Shown here: piece after piece, positions 36,933-45,988 of the stretch | How positions within the stretch are numbered: the stretch's first letter is position 1 | Layout of the letters: each line of letters begins with the position of its first letter | From: Polyangiaceae bacterium | Lineage (GTDB): Bacteria; Myxococcota_A; Polyangia; Polyangiales; Polyangiaceae | NCBI GenBank assembly: GCA_033763455.1 | Contig: JANRKO010000003.1 | Span: 1-45,988 of the forward strand | Length of the DNA stretch: 45,988 nt | Direction: 5' to 3' | Made by a program: the position numbers and the translations under genes | Notes under the pieces: model-generated | The model's input: only the letters and a program-made list of their open reading frames with translations | The model's database searches: none | What the model was told of the DNA's origin: nothing

Positions 36933-39095
36933 CTACAGCGAAAGGGTCAAGTTCGCGGCACTTGTTGTACCGGTGAACGCGGGCATACGTGCTCCGAGCA
37001 TGGCATCGTTCAGGCAGCGCCTGATTTCATTAAGCCCTTCGCCAGTGATTTGGACGTTCACTGCACGTCCGTCAGGTGCAAAGCTCACGGCGATTTGCGC
37101 GGTACCCTGCACCCCTTTGGCTGCGGCGCAATGTTTCGCGAATGGTACGCGCGCCTTAACAGCCCGCAATGCGTCTGCGGGATCAAAACGTTTCGGTGCG
37201 CGAGCCCCTAGGTCAGCTTTCCCAGCCGCTTGCGAGAACGCGCTCAAGAAGTCGTTGGCGCCCGGCTTTGTGTCCGCGGGAGGCTTGGGGTCAGTCGCCG
37301 GTGCATCGGGTGGCGGTGTATCGGTTGTATCGGGGTTCCGTGTTACTTCGGGGCTCGGCGGGGGCGTCCCGCGTTTCAACTCTGCTCTGTCGACTTTGCC
37401 AGCGCCGTCCACCTTCCCAGTGGCTATTGGAGTCGTAACCTCCGCTGGGGTTGGCAAGGTGGACGGAGCGCTTTCCTCGCTACTAGAATTGAGGCGAATG
37501 GCGGCGACCGCTCCTGCGACTACCAACACGGTGAGGGCGGCGAATACGAGCTTCTTCTTCCCGGAAGCGCGAAAGTCTGGGCGGATCGACTCGATAGGCG
37601 CGGCTTGCGCTACCGCGCTCGGGGTTCGCGCCGTGGTAACAGACGCCGAGGGGAGCGGCGCCGGAGCACTCATTGGCCGGTGATCAGCGTTGAGCGTCCG
37701 AAGGGCGTTCAGGGCCCGCAACGCGTCCTGAGATTCCGGCACCGCTTGCTGGGCTACGTGCCCAAAGATGTCCGTCTGCGTACGAGTGATCGATTCTTCA
37801 CTGACTGCGTGTGGGCGAGCTGGCGGCGGCGCGGGCGCAACCTTTGGTGAAGCCGCCGCGAGCGGCGGCGGCTTGGGCTTTTCCCTACTTTCGAATACCG
37901 CCGCCGGATTCTGAAAGGCGACCGTCGGCTCATCGTCAAAGTCATCTTCATCTTCGAAGGGTACCGCCGCTGGTTCCTCCATCCAGGGAAGCGCCGATTC
38001 TTTCGGCGGTGGCGGTGGCGGCGGTGGCGGCGGCAGATGAGCTCGAAGCACATCTAGGCTTTTGACGCTTTGCCAGTCCGACATTCCGATTCGCCACACC
38101 AAGGTCTCTCCGCTTACGCGGCCTTCCTGGATAGCAGCAATGAGCTTGTCGTTGGGTAGTTCCGCGTCCGAGCCCGGCAGATCTACGGCCCACAGCGACT
38201 CCAAGGGAGGCCCCGAGCTCGGTGGCGGTGGCACAGAGGGCACTTGTTCAATCGGGTCCGGCGGCGGGGCGGCCACAGGTTTCGCTGCTTGCGCGGCCCG
38301 TTGCGGCGCCGGGGGCGGAGCTTTCTTGGCTTGCGGCTCGGGTGTGCGTGCGACTTGGGGCAGCGGATCCGGATCCGGATCCGGCGGTGGGCGGCTCGCT
38401 CGAATCGCAGAGGGCGAAGCTGCTGGCGTCGGACGACGATAGCTCGACTGTGCGAATGGAGTTGGCGCTCTTTCGGTGGTAACCTTTGGTGATGCGAGCT
38501 GGGTTGGCTTGGTCGCTGCGGGCGTTAGTGGCTCGCGTAACGGAAGCCCGAGCGAAGTTTTCTTCGCCGACACGAAGGGCTCCGCGGGCTTGGCGGCGGT
38601 AGCGGTGGCGGCAGGCTTGGCCACGGTAGCGGGAGCGGCAGGTTTGGCTACGGTAGCGGTGGGTTTGGGAGCAGCCTTTTCCGCGGGCTTAGGTGCTACC
38701 TGAGGCGGCTTCTCCGCCAACTTGGTTGTGGTCTTGAACGCCACGGCTGGGATGGCCGGGTTGGTGGCTTTCGATGATTTTGCGTCGGTCGCTTGTTTGC
38801 CAGCTGTGTTCACCCACGGTTTCTTCGCCGCGACAGCTTCAGGCTTAGCGGCTTCGGGCTTAGCAGCTTCAGGCTTAGGAACTTCAGGCTTAGGAACTTC
38901 GGCCTTAGCAACTTCGGGCTGCGCAATTCCCTGCTCGGCGGCTTTCGTAGCTTCGTCCCGCGCGTCGATGCGGATCGGGTTGCCACATTGCTTGCACTTC
39001 AGCGTGACGATCTTGCCCGCCACCCGCCGCTCGTAGATATCCGGCGGGATGTTAAATGCCTTGTTGCAACCGATGCAGTGGATGGCCAACGTCAT
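36933..39095 (-). CDS. Zinc-ribbon + GYF_2 + TM + TonB-C/AgmX-like bitopic membrane protein
   Basis: 'CIGC...CKQC' finger, Pro/Ala linkers, GYF_2 'ETLVWRIGMSDWQSV', TM 'LVFAALTVLVVAGAVAAI', C-terminal 'GTAQIAVSFAPDGRAVNV...RCL...PAFTG'. Confidence 0.8.
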   Translation of the reverse strand: MTLAIHCIGCNKAFNIPPDIYERRVAGKIVTLKCKQCGNPIRIDARDEATKAAEQGIAQPEVAKAEVPKPEVPKPEAAKPEAAKPEAVAAKKPWVNTAGKQATDAKSSKATNPAIPAVAFKTTTKLAEKPPQVAPKPAEKAAPKPTATVAKPAAPATVAKPAATATAAKPAEPFVSAKKTSLGLPLREPLTPAATKPTQLASPKVTTERAPTPFAQSSYRRPTPAASPSAIRASRPPPDPDPDPLPQVARTPEPQAKKAPPPAPQRAAQAAKPVAAPPPDPIEQVPSVPPPPSSGPPLESLWAVDLPGSDAELPNDKLIAAIQEGRVSGETLVWRIGMSDWQSVKSLDVLRAHLPPPPPPPPPPKESALPWMEEPAAVPFEDEDDFDDEPTVAFQNPAAVFESREKPKPPPLAAASPKVAPAPPPARPHAVSEESITRTQTDIFGHVAQQAVPESQDALRALNALRTLNADHRPMSAPAPLPSASVTTARTPSAVAQAAPIESIRPDFRASGKKKLVFAALTVLVVAGAVAAIRLNSSSEESAPSTLPTPAEVTTPIATGKVDGAGKVDRAELKRGTPPPSPEVTRNPDTTDTPPPDAPATDPKPPADTKPGANDFLSAFSQAAGKADLGARAPKRFDPADALRAVKARVPFAKHCAAAKGVQGTAQIAVSFAPDGRAVNVQITGEGLNEIRRCLNDAMLGARMPAFTGTTSAANLTLSL
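38835..38920 (-). repeat. About six 15-bp tandem repeats encoding KPE(V/A)(P/A) pentapeptides
   Basis: Units such as AGCTTCAGGCTTAGC / AACTTCAGGCTTAGG on the + strand. Confidence 0.85.
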
Positions 39096-39294
39096 GTTCT
39101 AGAGAGGTCCTTTGCGAACGCTCGCCCGCAGCTCAGTCCTCAAACCTTCCATACGTTAGAGGAATCGGCACAAATCACCGCTATTTAAGTGTTAATGCCC
39201 ATCCGGGGCGCGGGCCCAGTTTTCGACGTATCCTCGGTCCGGCGGACGGGATCTGCGCTCCCAGCGAGCACAAGGGCGGGCTTCGATTGGGGCA

Positions 39295-40269
39295 CTAGAA
39301 AACAAAGCCCAAAGAGAAGCGGATATCGATGTAAGCCGGGTGGAGGCCGCCGTTCAGGTTTGCGGCCTGCGTTACCGTGCGATCGAGGGCGATCTGAAGA
39401 TCATCCGATGAGCAATCGGTGGTCGCGCGAGCGACAGAAGTCGCGCCCTCAGGAAAGCAGCGTCGTTGCTTGTTGAGCTCCACACCGAGGCCAATCCCTC
39501 CCGCGAACGTAAAGGCGCCGAATCTGCGATGCGATCCCAAAAATCCCATCAATCGCCGCTCCGTATGGGTCGCGCTGTCGATTTCTCCAGCTTTATCGCG
39601 CGTAACGTACTTCAGGCTGTAGTTCGTCAAGTAAACCCGCAACACGGAGTCCTTGAACGCTTTTCCGTCGAGCCAGAATCCGGCGCCGATGGAGCTACCA
39701 GCCAGTGGGCCTAATCCATTAGACTTCTGGAACAGGATGTCGGGCTGGCCACTTAAATTAAATGCCGGTGGTGCTTCGGTGGTGACGAACTGGGGCACAG
39801 CCTCAATCGTCATGAAGTCAAGAGCTTCGATTTCCAGCTCCACGCCGAGCCGGCCATTGATGATCCAGTTGAAGGGGTCCAATCGGGCGGAAAACTGTGG
39901 CCGCGTAGATTCCGCGGGCGGTGGCGGGGCGCTCGGCTGGCGAGCTTCCGGGGGCAGGTATCCCGGTAACGGCGGGTCCGAATACTGCGGCGCGGGTGGT
40001 TGTGCTGCGGGCGGCGGCTGGGGGGATGCAGGTTGGGGTGGTTGCGATTGGTGGGGGGGTGCAGTTTGCGGTGCGTGTCCGGATTGAGACGAAACCGGGC
40101 CTGGTGGGGCTACAGGCGCGACGTAGGGTTGGGGGGCGCCGTCGCTCGGTGCGGGGTAGGCGCCAGCGGGCGGAGGCGTCGGCTCTTGCCCGAGTGCGAG
40201 GCCAGGCCTGAAGGAAAGCCCCACGAATGTCATCCATAGTAGAAACGCTCGAGTGTCGGCAGCCTGCAT
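39295..40269 (-). CDS. Putative outer-membrane beta-barrel protein with Pro-rich N-terminal linker
   Basis: Signal-peptide-like 'RAFLLWMTFVGLSFRPGLALG-Q', Pro/Gln-rich linker, amphipathic strands, terminal 'IRFSLGFVF'. Start 40269 or 40281. Confidence 0.7.
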   Translation of the reverse strand: MQAADTRAFLLWMTFVGLSFRPGLALGQEPTPPPAGAYPAPSDGAPQPYVAPVAPPGPVSSQSGHAPQTAPPHQSQPPQPASPQPPPAAQPPAPQYSDPPLPGYLPPEARQPSAPPPPAESTRPQFSARLDPFNWIINGRLGVELEIEALDFMTIEAVPQFVTTEAPPAFNLSGQPDILFQKSNGLGPLAGSSIGAGFWLDGKAFKDSVLRVYLTNYSLKYVTRDKAGEIDSATHTERRLMGFLGSHRRFGAFTFAGGIGLGVELNKQRRCFPEGATSVARATTDCSSDDLQIALDRTVTQAANLNGGLHPAYIDIRFSLGFVF

Positions 40270-40438
40270 AGGCACGAGCATACGGCGCCTTCGCGAACGA
40301 GGCGAGTGCTTCGGAATGTTTGCGGCACCCGTGGACGCGTCGGAGACGCCTTGCTTGTGGAGCTGGCCTCCACGATGGCACGATGTGTGTGGCTCGCTCA
40401 AATTTCTTTTTCCGTCGCTTGCCGCGACAAGGTGCCTC

Positions 40439-41920
40439 ATGCCGCTGTCTATCCATGCGTCTTCTGTTTCCCGCCTCCTCGACACCGATTGTGACGTTCT
40501 TGCGCTCGTAGCGCAGGAAAAGAACTGGGCTGATCAGGCCAATATCGCCTCCGTCAACGCTCAATTGGGTGGAGCTCTCACTCAATACGCGGCAAGTTCG
40601 GAGTTTACCGGCAAGCAAGGCCAGCTCTTGGAGCTCGCGACACTTGGCCAAATCCATGCGCGTCGTGTGCTTCTTGTGGGCGCAGGTTCAGCGGAATCCG
40701 CGGGAGAAGTGCCGAGCCGCGTAACCGCTGCGTTGGCATCTCGGGCGGCTGTCGGTCTCAATGCTAAAACGTTGGGTTTCGTCCCCGTAGACGGGGCTGA
40801 TTTACGCGCGGTTGGTGAGGGGCTCGGGATGGGCGCGTACCGCTTCACTAAATATTGGACCGGCGACAACCAACCCAAATCAGAGCTTACGAAAATCACC
40901 GTCTTTGAAGCCGGCACCAAGGTGAGCGATGCGCGAAAAAAACAGCTTGAGCTTGGCCAGCGCATTGCGGCTGCCGTGGATCACGCGCGTGACGCTGTGA
41001 ACGAACCACCGAACGAGCTCTATCCGGCCAAGCTGGCCGAGTTGTGTGCCCGCATCTGCAAGCCCTACGGCATTCAGGTGAAGATCACGAATAAGAAGGG
41101 CATTGATGCACTTGGCATGAAGCTCTTCAGCGCGGTGGGGCAGGGGAGCGTGCACGAGCCACATCTCATCCACATGACCTACAAGCCAACCGGTGCAAAA
41201 AAGAAGCTTGTGTTTGTCGGAAAGGGCCTAACATTCGACTCTGGGGGGCTTTGCATCAAGCCAGCACCGGGCATGGGCGAGATGAAGAACGACATGGCGG
41301 GCGCAGCTGCGGTGCTCGGCCTCATGGCAGCCCTGGGCGAACTGAAGCCCAAGGTGGAAGTGCACGGCATCATTGGTTCGGCGGAAAATATGCCCGACGG
41401 CAATGCCTATCGCCCTGGTGATATCTTCGGCTCACTAAACGGAAAAACGGTGGAAATTATCAACACCGATGCCGAAGGTCGCTTAGTGCTGGCAGATGTC
41501 TTGAGCTATGGCGCCAAGCTAAAGCCAGCAGCAATGATCGACGCCGCCACGCTCACCGGGGCCATGGTGGTTGCGCTTGGTAAGAGTTGTACGGGGTTCT
41601 TCTCAACTACTGACGAGTTGGCAACTCGCGTGCAAGATGCTGCGCGCGCTGCAGGTGAAGCGATGTGGCGAATGCCACTTCTGGATGAGCTAGGAGAGCA
41701 GCTAAAGAGCGACGTGGCGGATCTCAAACACACGGGCGAGCGTTTCGGTGGGGCGATCACGGCTGCGTTGTTTCTGCGGGAATTTGTGGGCGGGGTCCCG
41801 TGGGTGCACTGCGATATAGCTGGCCCCGCATTTTCAGAACGTGCCCGCGGCCTCCATCCAAAGGGTGGGACCGGCCACGCGGTACTCACGTTTCTGAAAT
41901 TCGTAGAAAAGTTCGTCTAA
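40439..41920 (+). CDS. pepA: Leucyl aminopeptidase (M17)
   Basis: 'VGKGLTFDSGGLCIKP', 'MKNDMAGAA', 'NTDAEGRLVLAD', 'ATLTGA', 'HCDIAG'. ATG at 40439. Confidence 0.95.
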   Translation: MPLSIHASSVSRLLDTDCDVLALVAQEKNWADQANIASVNAQLGGALTQYAASSEFTGKQGQLLELATLGQIHARRVLLVGAGSAESAGEVPSRVTAALASRAAVGLNAKTLGFVPVDGADLRAVGEGLGMGAYRFTKYWTGDNQPKSELTKITVFEAGTKVSDARKKQLELGQRIAAAVDHARDAVNEPPNELYPAKLAELCARICKPYGIQVKITNKKGIDALGMKLFSAVGQGSVHEPHLIHMTYKPTGAKKKLVFVGKGLTFDSGGLCIKPAPGMGEMKNDMAGAAAVLGLMAALGELKPKVEVHGIIGSAENMPDGNAYRPGDIFGSLNGKTVEIINTDAEGRLVLADVLSYGAKLKPAAMIDAATLTGAMVVALGKSCTGFFSTTDELATRVQDAARAAGEAMWRMPLLDELGEQLKSDVADLKHTGERFGGAITAALFLREFVGGVPWVHCDIAGPAFSERARGLHPKGGTGHAVLTFLKFVEKFV

Positions 41921-41924
41921 GGCG

Positions 41925-42635
41925 GTGTCCTTGACGGATCATGCCAAAAAAGCGGAGCTTCCAGCACTTCGGGCCAATTTGCTGTTGCCCGGGCTTTACG
42001 CTTGGGTGAGCACTGTCGGCTATCCCGCCTTTGCCGGCAGTGGCTGGCTGGCGCGCTCGTTGTCGTTCGTGTCGGTGCTGTCGCTGCTAGGCGGTGCGTG
42101 GTTTTTGCGCTCACAGCCTCTGCTTGGCCGAGTTCTGGGTGTTTATTGCTTCCTTGGCGGTGCGGTCGCAACCTGGGTTGCCATAGGGCCTGGCTTGGCC
42201 CTGCTCACGGGGGCTCCGGTGCGAGCCGCAGTAGGCGGTCTCGGCTGGCTGCTGTTCGCCTTGGGGTGGGGTTATCTCAGACAGCGCGGGAATGTCCCGG
42301 AGCGCGATCCAAGAGCCATTGCGGGGGAGCCGCTCCTTCCTCGCGCACAGTTAAGTCCGGTTACTTCCGTGGTTTTCGCGGTGAGCCTCGCAGGTTCTCT
42401 CGGCATTTTGGCCCTTGCCTGGCGCGTGGAGCGCCCCGCCCAGGCTTTGCTTGCCCACGCGGTGGCAGCTGCAGGAGTTGTGTGGCTGATGAGTGCGTCC
42501 GCGCGCGTTAGCACCTCGCTCGGTGAATCCAGATCCTTCCCGTCGGCACGCCGCCGAATGAATTTGGCCGCACGCCCGCTTTCAGCATTAATCCTTGCGT
42601 TCGCCTTCGGAACCGTCTGGGTTTTCCTCAAGTAG
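41925..42635 (+). CDS. Hypothetical integral membrane protein (about 7 TM)
   Basis: Multiple hydrophobic helices; begins 4 nt after the pepA stop. Confidence 0.75.
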   Translation: MSLTDHAKKAELPALRANLLLPGLYAWVSTVGYPAFAGSGWLARSLSFVSVLSLLGGAWFLRSQPLLGRVLGVYCFLGGAVATWVAIGPGLALLTGAPVRAAVGGLGWLLFALGWGYLRQRGNVPERDPRAIAGEPLLPRAQLSPVTSVVFAVSLAGSLGILALAWRVERPAQALLAHAVAAAGVVWLMSASARVSTSLGESRSFPSARRRMNLAARPLSALILAFAFGTVWVFLK

Positions 42636-42829
42636 CGCCCTCGAAGTAGCGCCCTTTATACGAGGAGATAGCCCGGGTACGGGGCGTGGGGGGTAGCGAA
42701 GGTGCTAGTCGCGTTTCCTCAATGACCCCAGAATTGGTGGGGTGCCCCTAAGCTCGGTGCGACTGCGGGTGCTGCTTGGGCGCGCGAGAGTAGATTGCTA
42801 CGATGGTCGCCAGGTATGGAGAACGCTGA

Positions 42830-43015
42830 TTGACGAGTCGACTCATCGACGCACTAAGCGTCCTTCTAGTGCTCCTCGCGTTAGCTGCCTTTGCTGCAGG
42901 CGTGTACTCGCTCGGCGCTGCGCAGGACGTTCGCGCCCTGTACTTGCTGGTCATCGGAGCGCTAGCCCTGCGTTCCGCCACCGACCTACTACGACCCCAC
43001 GGAGGCCCGCGGTGA
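42830..43015 (+). CDS. Small two-TM membrane protein (61 aa)
   Basis: GGAG RBS at 42818-42821, TTG start, extended -10-like TGCTACGAT at 42796-42804, TGATG overlap with the next gene. Confidence 0.7.
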   Translation: MTSRLIDALSVLLVLLALAAFAAGVYSLGAAQDVRALYLLVIGALALRSATDLLRPHGGPR

Positions 43016-43953
43016 TGAGGTGTGTGAGTACTCTGAGGCGCTGGGCGATGGTGGTGGCGTTCGAAATGATGCTGGCTTGCGGCAGTTCAGCGCGCCCCGC
43101 ACCCGTGCAAGCAATGCTCGGTCCAAATCGCGTAGCCGAAGTCGGCGCTATCGCAATTCCAAGTTCCCTCCTAACACGGGCTGCCGCCGCTGAAATGCGA
43201 GGTGTGGAGCATGCGCTGGGCGGGCTCACTTCGGACCTACTCTTTGGACTAGAAGCTGAGCGTGCTCTGTCACCAGCGTCCGTACAGCAGGTTAAGCGTG
43301 CCACGCTCGCTCGGGCCTTACTCGAGCGCATCAAGAGCGAGGCGGAGGTGCGCGGGCTGATGCCTCCTGAAGACAGAACACGCATTCTGGAGAAGCTCTG
43401 GAAGGAAGTCGACCGCCCCCCCAGCGCTCGGGTCACTCATGCGGTCGTAATAATTGAAGGAGGCGTGTCAGAAGCTTCGGCTCGAAAGCTCGCGGAGGCC
43501 ATTCATGCCGCAACCGCTTCAGCAACTACCTCGGAGGATTTTCAAGCGCGAGCCCGTGCCGTTCCAGTCGGGTCACTCAAGGTTCAGATTGAGAGCCTCC
43601 CTCCGGTTACCGCCGATGGCCGCCTCGTCAAGCAAGCGGGCAGAGCCGAAAATCACTCCGCAGAGCATTTCGATCTTGATTTCGCGCGCGCCGCCAACGC
43701 GCTCCAGGCTGTTGGACAGCAATCTGAGATTGTGAAGACCGCATTTGGTTTCCATGTTATTCGCCTTGACGAACGACTTCCCGAGCAGCGTCTTCCCCCA
43801 GCGGAGTTGGAAGCTGCTCTCAAACAAGCGCTCCATACTGAACGCGCCGGCCTCCGGGTTAAGGAGCTTCTCGACCGCCTCAACACCGAGCCCACGGTCC
43901 AGGTCGAACGGTCCGCCAAGGATCTTCTCCAAAAGCTAACGATGGAGCCTTAA
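43015..43953 (+). CDS. Parvulin/PpiC-type peptidyl-prolyl isomerase lipoprotein
   Basis: Lipobox 'MLAC', 'ARVTHAVV', 'FARAANAL..VGQQSEIVKTAFGFHVIRL'. Confidence 0.8.
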   Translation: MRCVSTLRRWAMVVAFEMMLACGSSARPAPVQAMLGPNRVAEVGAIAIPSSLLTRAAAAEMRGVEHALGGLTSDLLFGLEAERALSPASVQQVKRATLARALLERIKSEAEVRGLMPPEDRTRILEKLWKEVDRPPSARVTHAVVIIEGGVSEASARKLAEAIHAATASATTSEDFQARARAVPVGSLKVQIESLPPVTADGRLVKQAGRAENHSAEHFDLDFARAANALQAVGQQSEIVKTAFGFHVIRLDERLPEQRLPPAELEAALKQALHTERAGLRVKELLDRLNTEPTVQVERSAKDLLQKLTMEP

Positions 43954-43959
43954 ACAGCT

Positions 43960-44622
43960 ATGGGTCGACGCAGGCAGGACCGTACGCGCCCAGGCCAGGC
44001 GCGCCCGAGAATGTCCCCGTTTGGCGAAATTCTCGACAGGTTCCGGCAGGCGAGTGGAACCATGGCCGCCGCGCTGGTGGATAGGGAAGGCGAAACCGTC
44101 GATTTTACGACGGATGGCGCGCCGTTCGACGTCTTAGTGGCTGCAGCCGAATGGCAAATTGTAATGGGGCAAGTGCGAGTGATGGGCAGGCCAAGCTTGC
44201 CCGTGAGCACCGAACTTTTCGTGCGAGCCAGGCGCCGAAGTTATGCTGTCTTCTGGATCGATGAGGGATATTCCCTGGTTTGTGTGCTCAAGCGTCACGG
44301 GTTTGAAGTTTCTCGTCGTGCAACGCTGGTGGCAGTGCGCGAAATTGTTGCTGAGGCGGGTTGGCCGGAGCGTCCGAGCGCGCATCGAGCATCAGGGACT
44401 CCCGAGCGGTGGGCTAGAGTCGAGGTGCATGTCCAAGACAACGCCAGCCGTCGTCCCACGGCTATTTGCATGGAGGGAACCTGGCAGCAACTTAACATCA
44501 TCGGGCGTTATACTGCTGACCTTCTCGCTCGCGGGGAGCAGGCCTACCGTGCACAGCTCGACTCGGGCGCTGAGCTGACCCTTGTCCGGGAGCCCCTCGG
44601 AGCCTGGTACGCGGACGTTTAG
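43960..44622 (+). CDS. Roadblock/LC7-like domain protein with an additional C-terminal beta domain
   Basis: 'FGEIL......GTMAAALVDREGETVD...EGYSLVCVL...LVAVREI'. Start may be ATG 44011. Confidence 0.65.
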   Translation: MGRRRQDRTRPGQARPRMSPFGEILDRFRQASGTMAAALVDREGETVDFTTDGAPFDVLVAAAEWQIVMGQVRVMGRPSLPVSTELFVRARRRSYAVFWIDEGYSLVCVLKRHGFEVSRRATLVAVREIVAEAGWPERPSAHRASGTPERWARVEVHVQDNASRRPTAICMEGTWQQLNIIGRYTADLLARGEQAYRAQLDSGAELTLVREPLGAWYADV

Positions 44623-44867
44623 CGCATCGGCGCATATTCTTATTAACGGACAGAGAAGGGCGGCGCTGGGGGGGCTTAACGGTTTTGGGGGGGATACCCC
44701 TGTGGATACGCGTATTTGGGGTGCATTCATAACCCAACGCGGGGTTCAAACGGCCGGCCTTGGCCGGCCTAGAGGCACACGACCCCCTCCAATTGGCCGA
44801 CATCGACCTACAAACCAGCAGAAAAACCGCGCACCGAGCCGTCGGTGCATTTTTCGATCAAAAGGAC

Positions 44868-44896
44868 TTGCCTTGTTCGGCGACCCAAGCCATATA
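44868..44896 (+). promoter_or_regulatory. Putative rRNA operon upstream promoter (P1-like)
   Basis: TTGCCT-17nt-CATATA with an A/T-rich upstream segment and a GC-rich discriminator. Confidence 0.4.
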
Positions 44897-45007
44897 CGCC
44901 GCCCCTCGGCAAGCCGGGGGGCTCGCAGCACGGGAAAGCCCCAGTCGGCGAAGCATCTGAACCTCAGAGAAGCAGAGAAAAAGACAAGGAAATTCAAAAC
45001 TTCCGAG

Positions 45008-45036
45008 TTGACTCCTCTCACCTCCGAAACTAAGCT
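45008..45036 (+). promoter_or_regulatory. Putative rRNA operon sigma70 promoter (P2-like)
   Basis: TTGACT-17nt-TAAGCT preceded by an A-rich UP-like tract, ~170 nt before 16S. Confidence 0.7.
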
Positions 45037-45065
45037 GCTTCCCCCCTTCGGGAATCTCTTCCCCT

Positions 45066-45080
45066 CGTTCCTTGAAAACT
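45066..45080 (+). promoter_or_regulatory. rrn leader boxA-like antitermination element
   Basis: CGTTCCTTGAAAACT, resembling the GTTCTTTGAAAAC leader boxA variant, between the promoter and 16S. Confidence 0.6.
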
Positions 45081-45204
45081 GAGTCCTATTAAAACGCAAT
45101 AATCGCGTAGGTTTTGCGACATTGTGAGCCATCACATGTACGCAATATAGCGAACAACAAATGGCGTCTGGGGCAGTTAGCCTGCCTCAAGATAGCCTGG
45201 ATTC

Positions 45205-45988
<784 letters not shown>

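Noticed and set aside
36778..37683. 301-aa + strand ORF
   Set aside because: Antisense shadow of the GC-rich zinc-ribbon/GYF gene.
40376..40390. Sigma54 promoter before pepA
   Set aside because: The -24 element TGGCACG is good but the -12 position reads GTGT instead of TTGC.
44701..44709. DnaA box / replication origin
   Set aside because: A single 8/9 match (TGTGGATAC) with no box cluster, unwinding element or dnaA gene.

Overview
GC-rich bacterial chromosome segment. The 16S 5' sequence and gene types (TIGR02266-type PilZ, zinc-ribbon/GYF_2 membrane protein, Cys-rich lipoproteins) point to a myxobacterium, probably Polyangiales/Polyangiaceae. It is mostly housekeeping genes: EamA transporter, thyX, ltaE, proC, dnaJ, TlpA, queD, tamB, HD protein, ABC1 kinase, REC-GGDEF, ettA, radical SAM, aroA, pepA and a parvulin. 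The window ends in an rRNA operon promoter region and the first ~780 nt of 16S rRNA. Accessory elements: (i) a complete 881-bp IS5-family element that splits a SAM methyltransferase; (ii) an islet between proC and dnaJ with an uncharacterised HTH-like gene, a Cys/LRR-like lipoprotein, a start-less diverged copy of that lipoprotein's C-terminal domain, and an AAA/DUF4143 ATPase; (iii) a four-gene cluster resembling a trans-envelope module; (iv) four intergenic regions dense in helices with no RNA family I recognise. No CRISPR array, tRNA, reverse transcriptase or prophage was seen. All family calls come from motif recognition by eye, not database searches.
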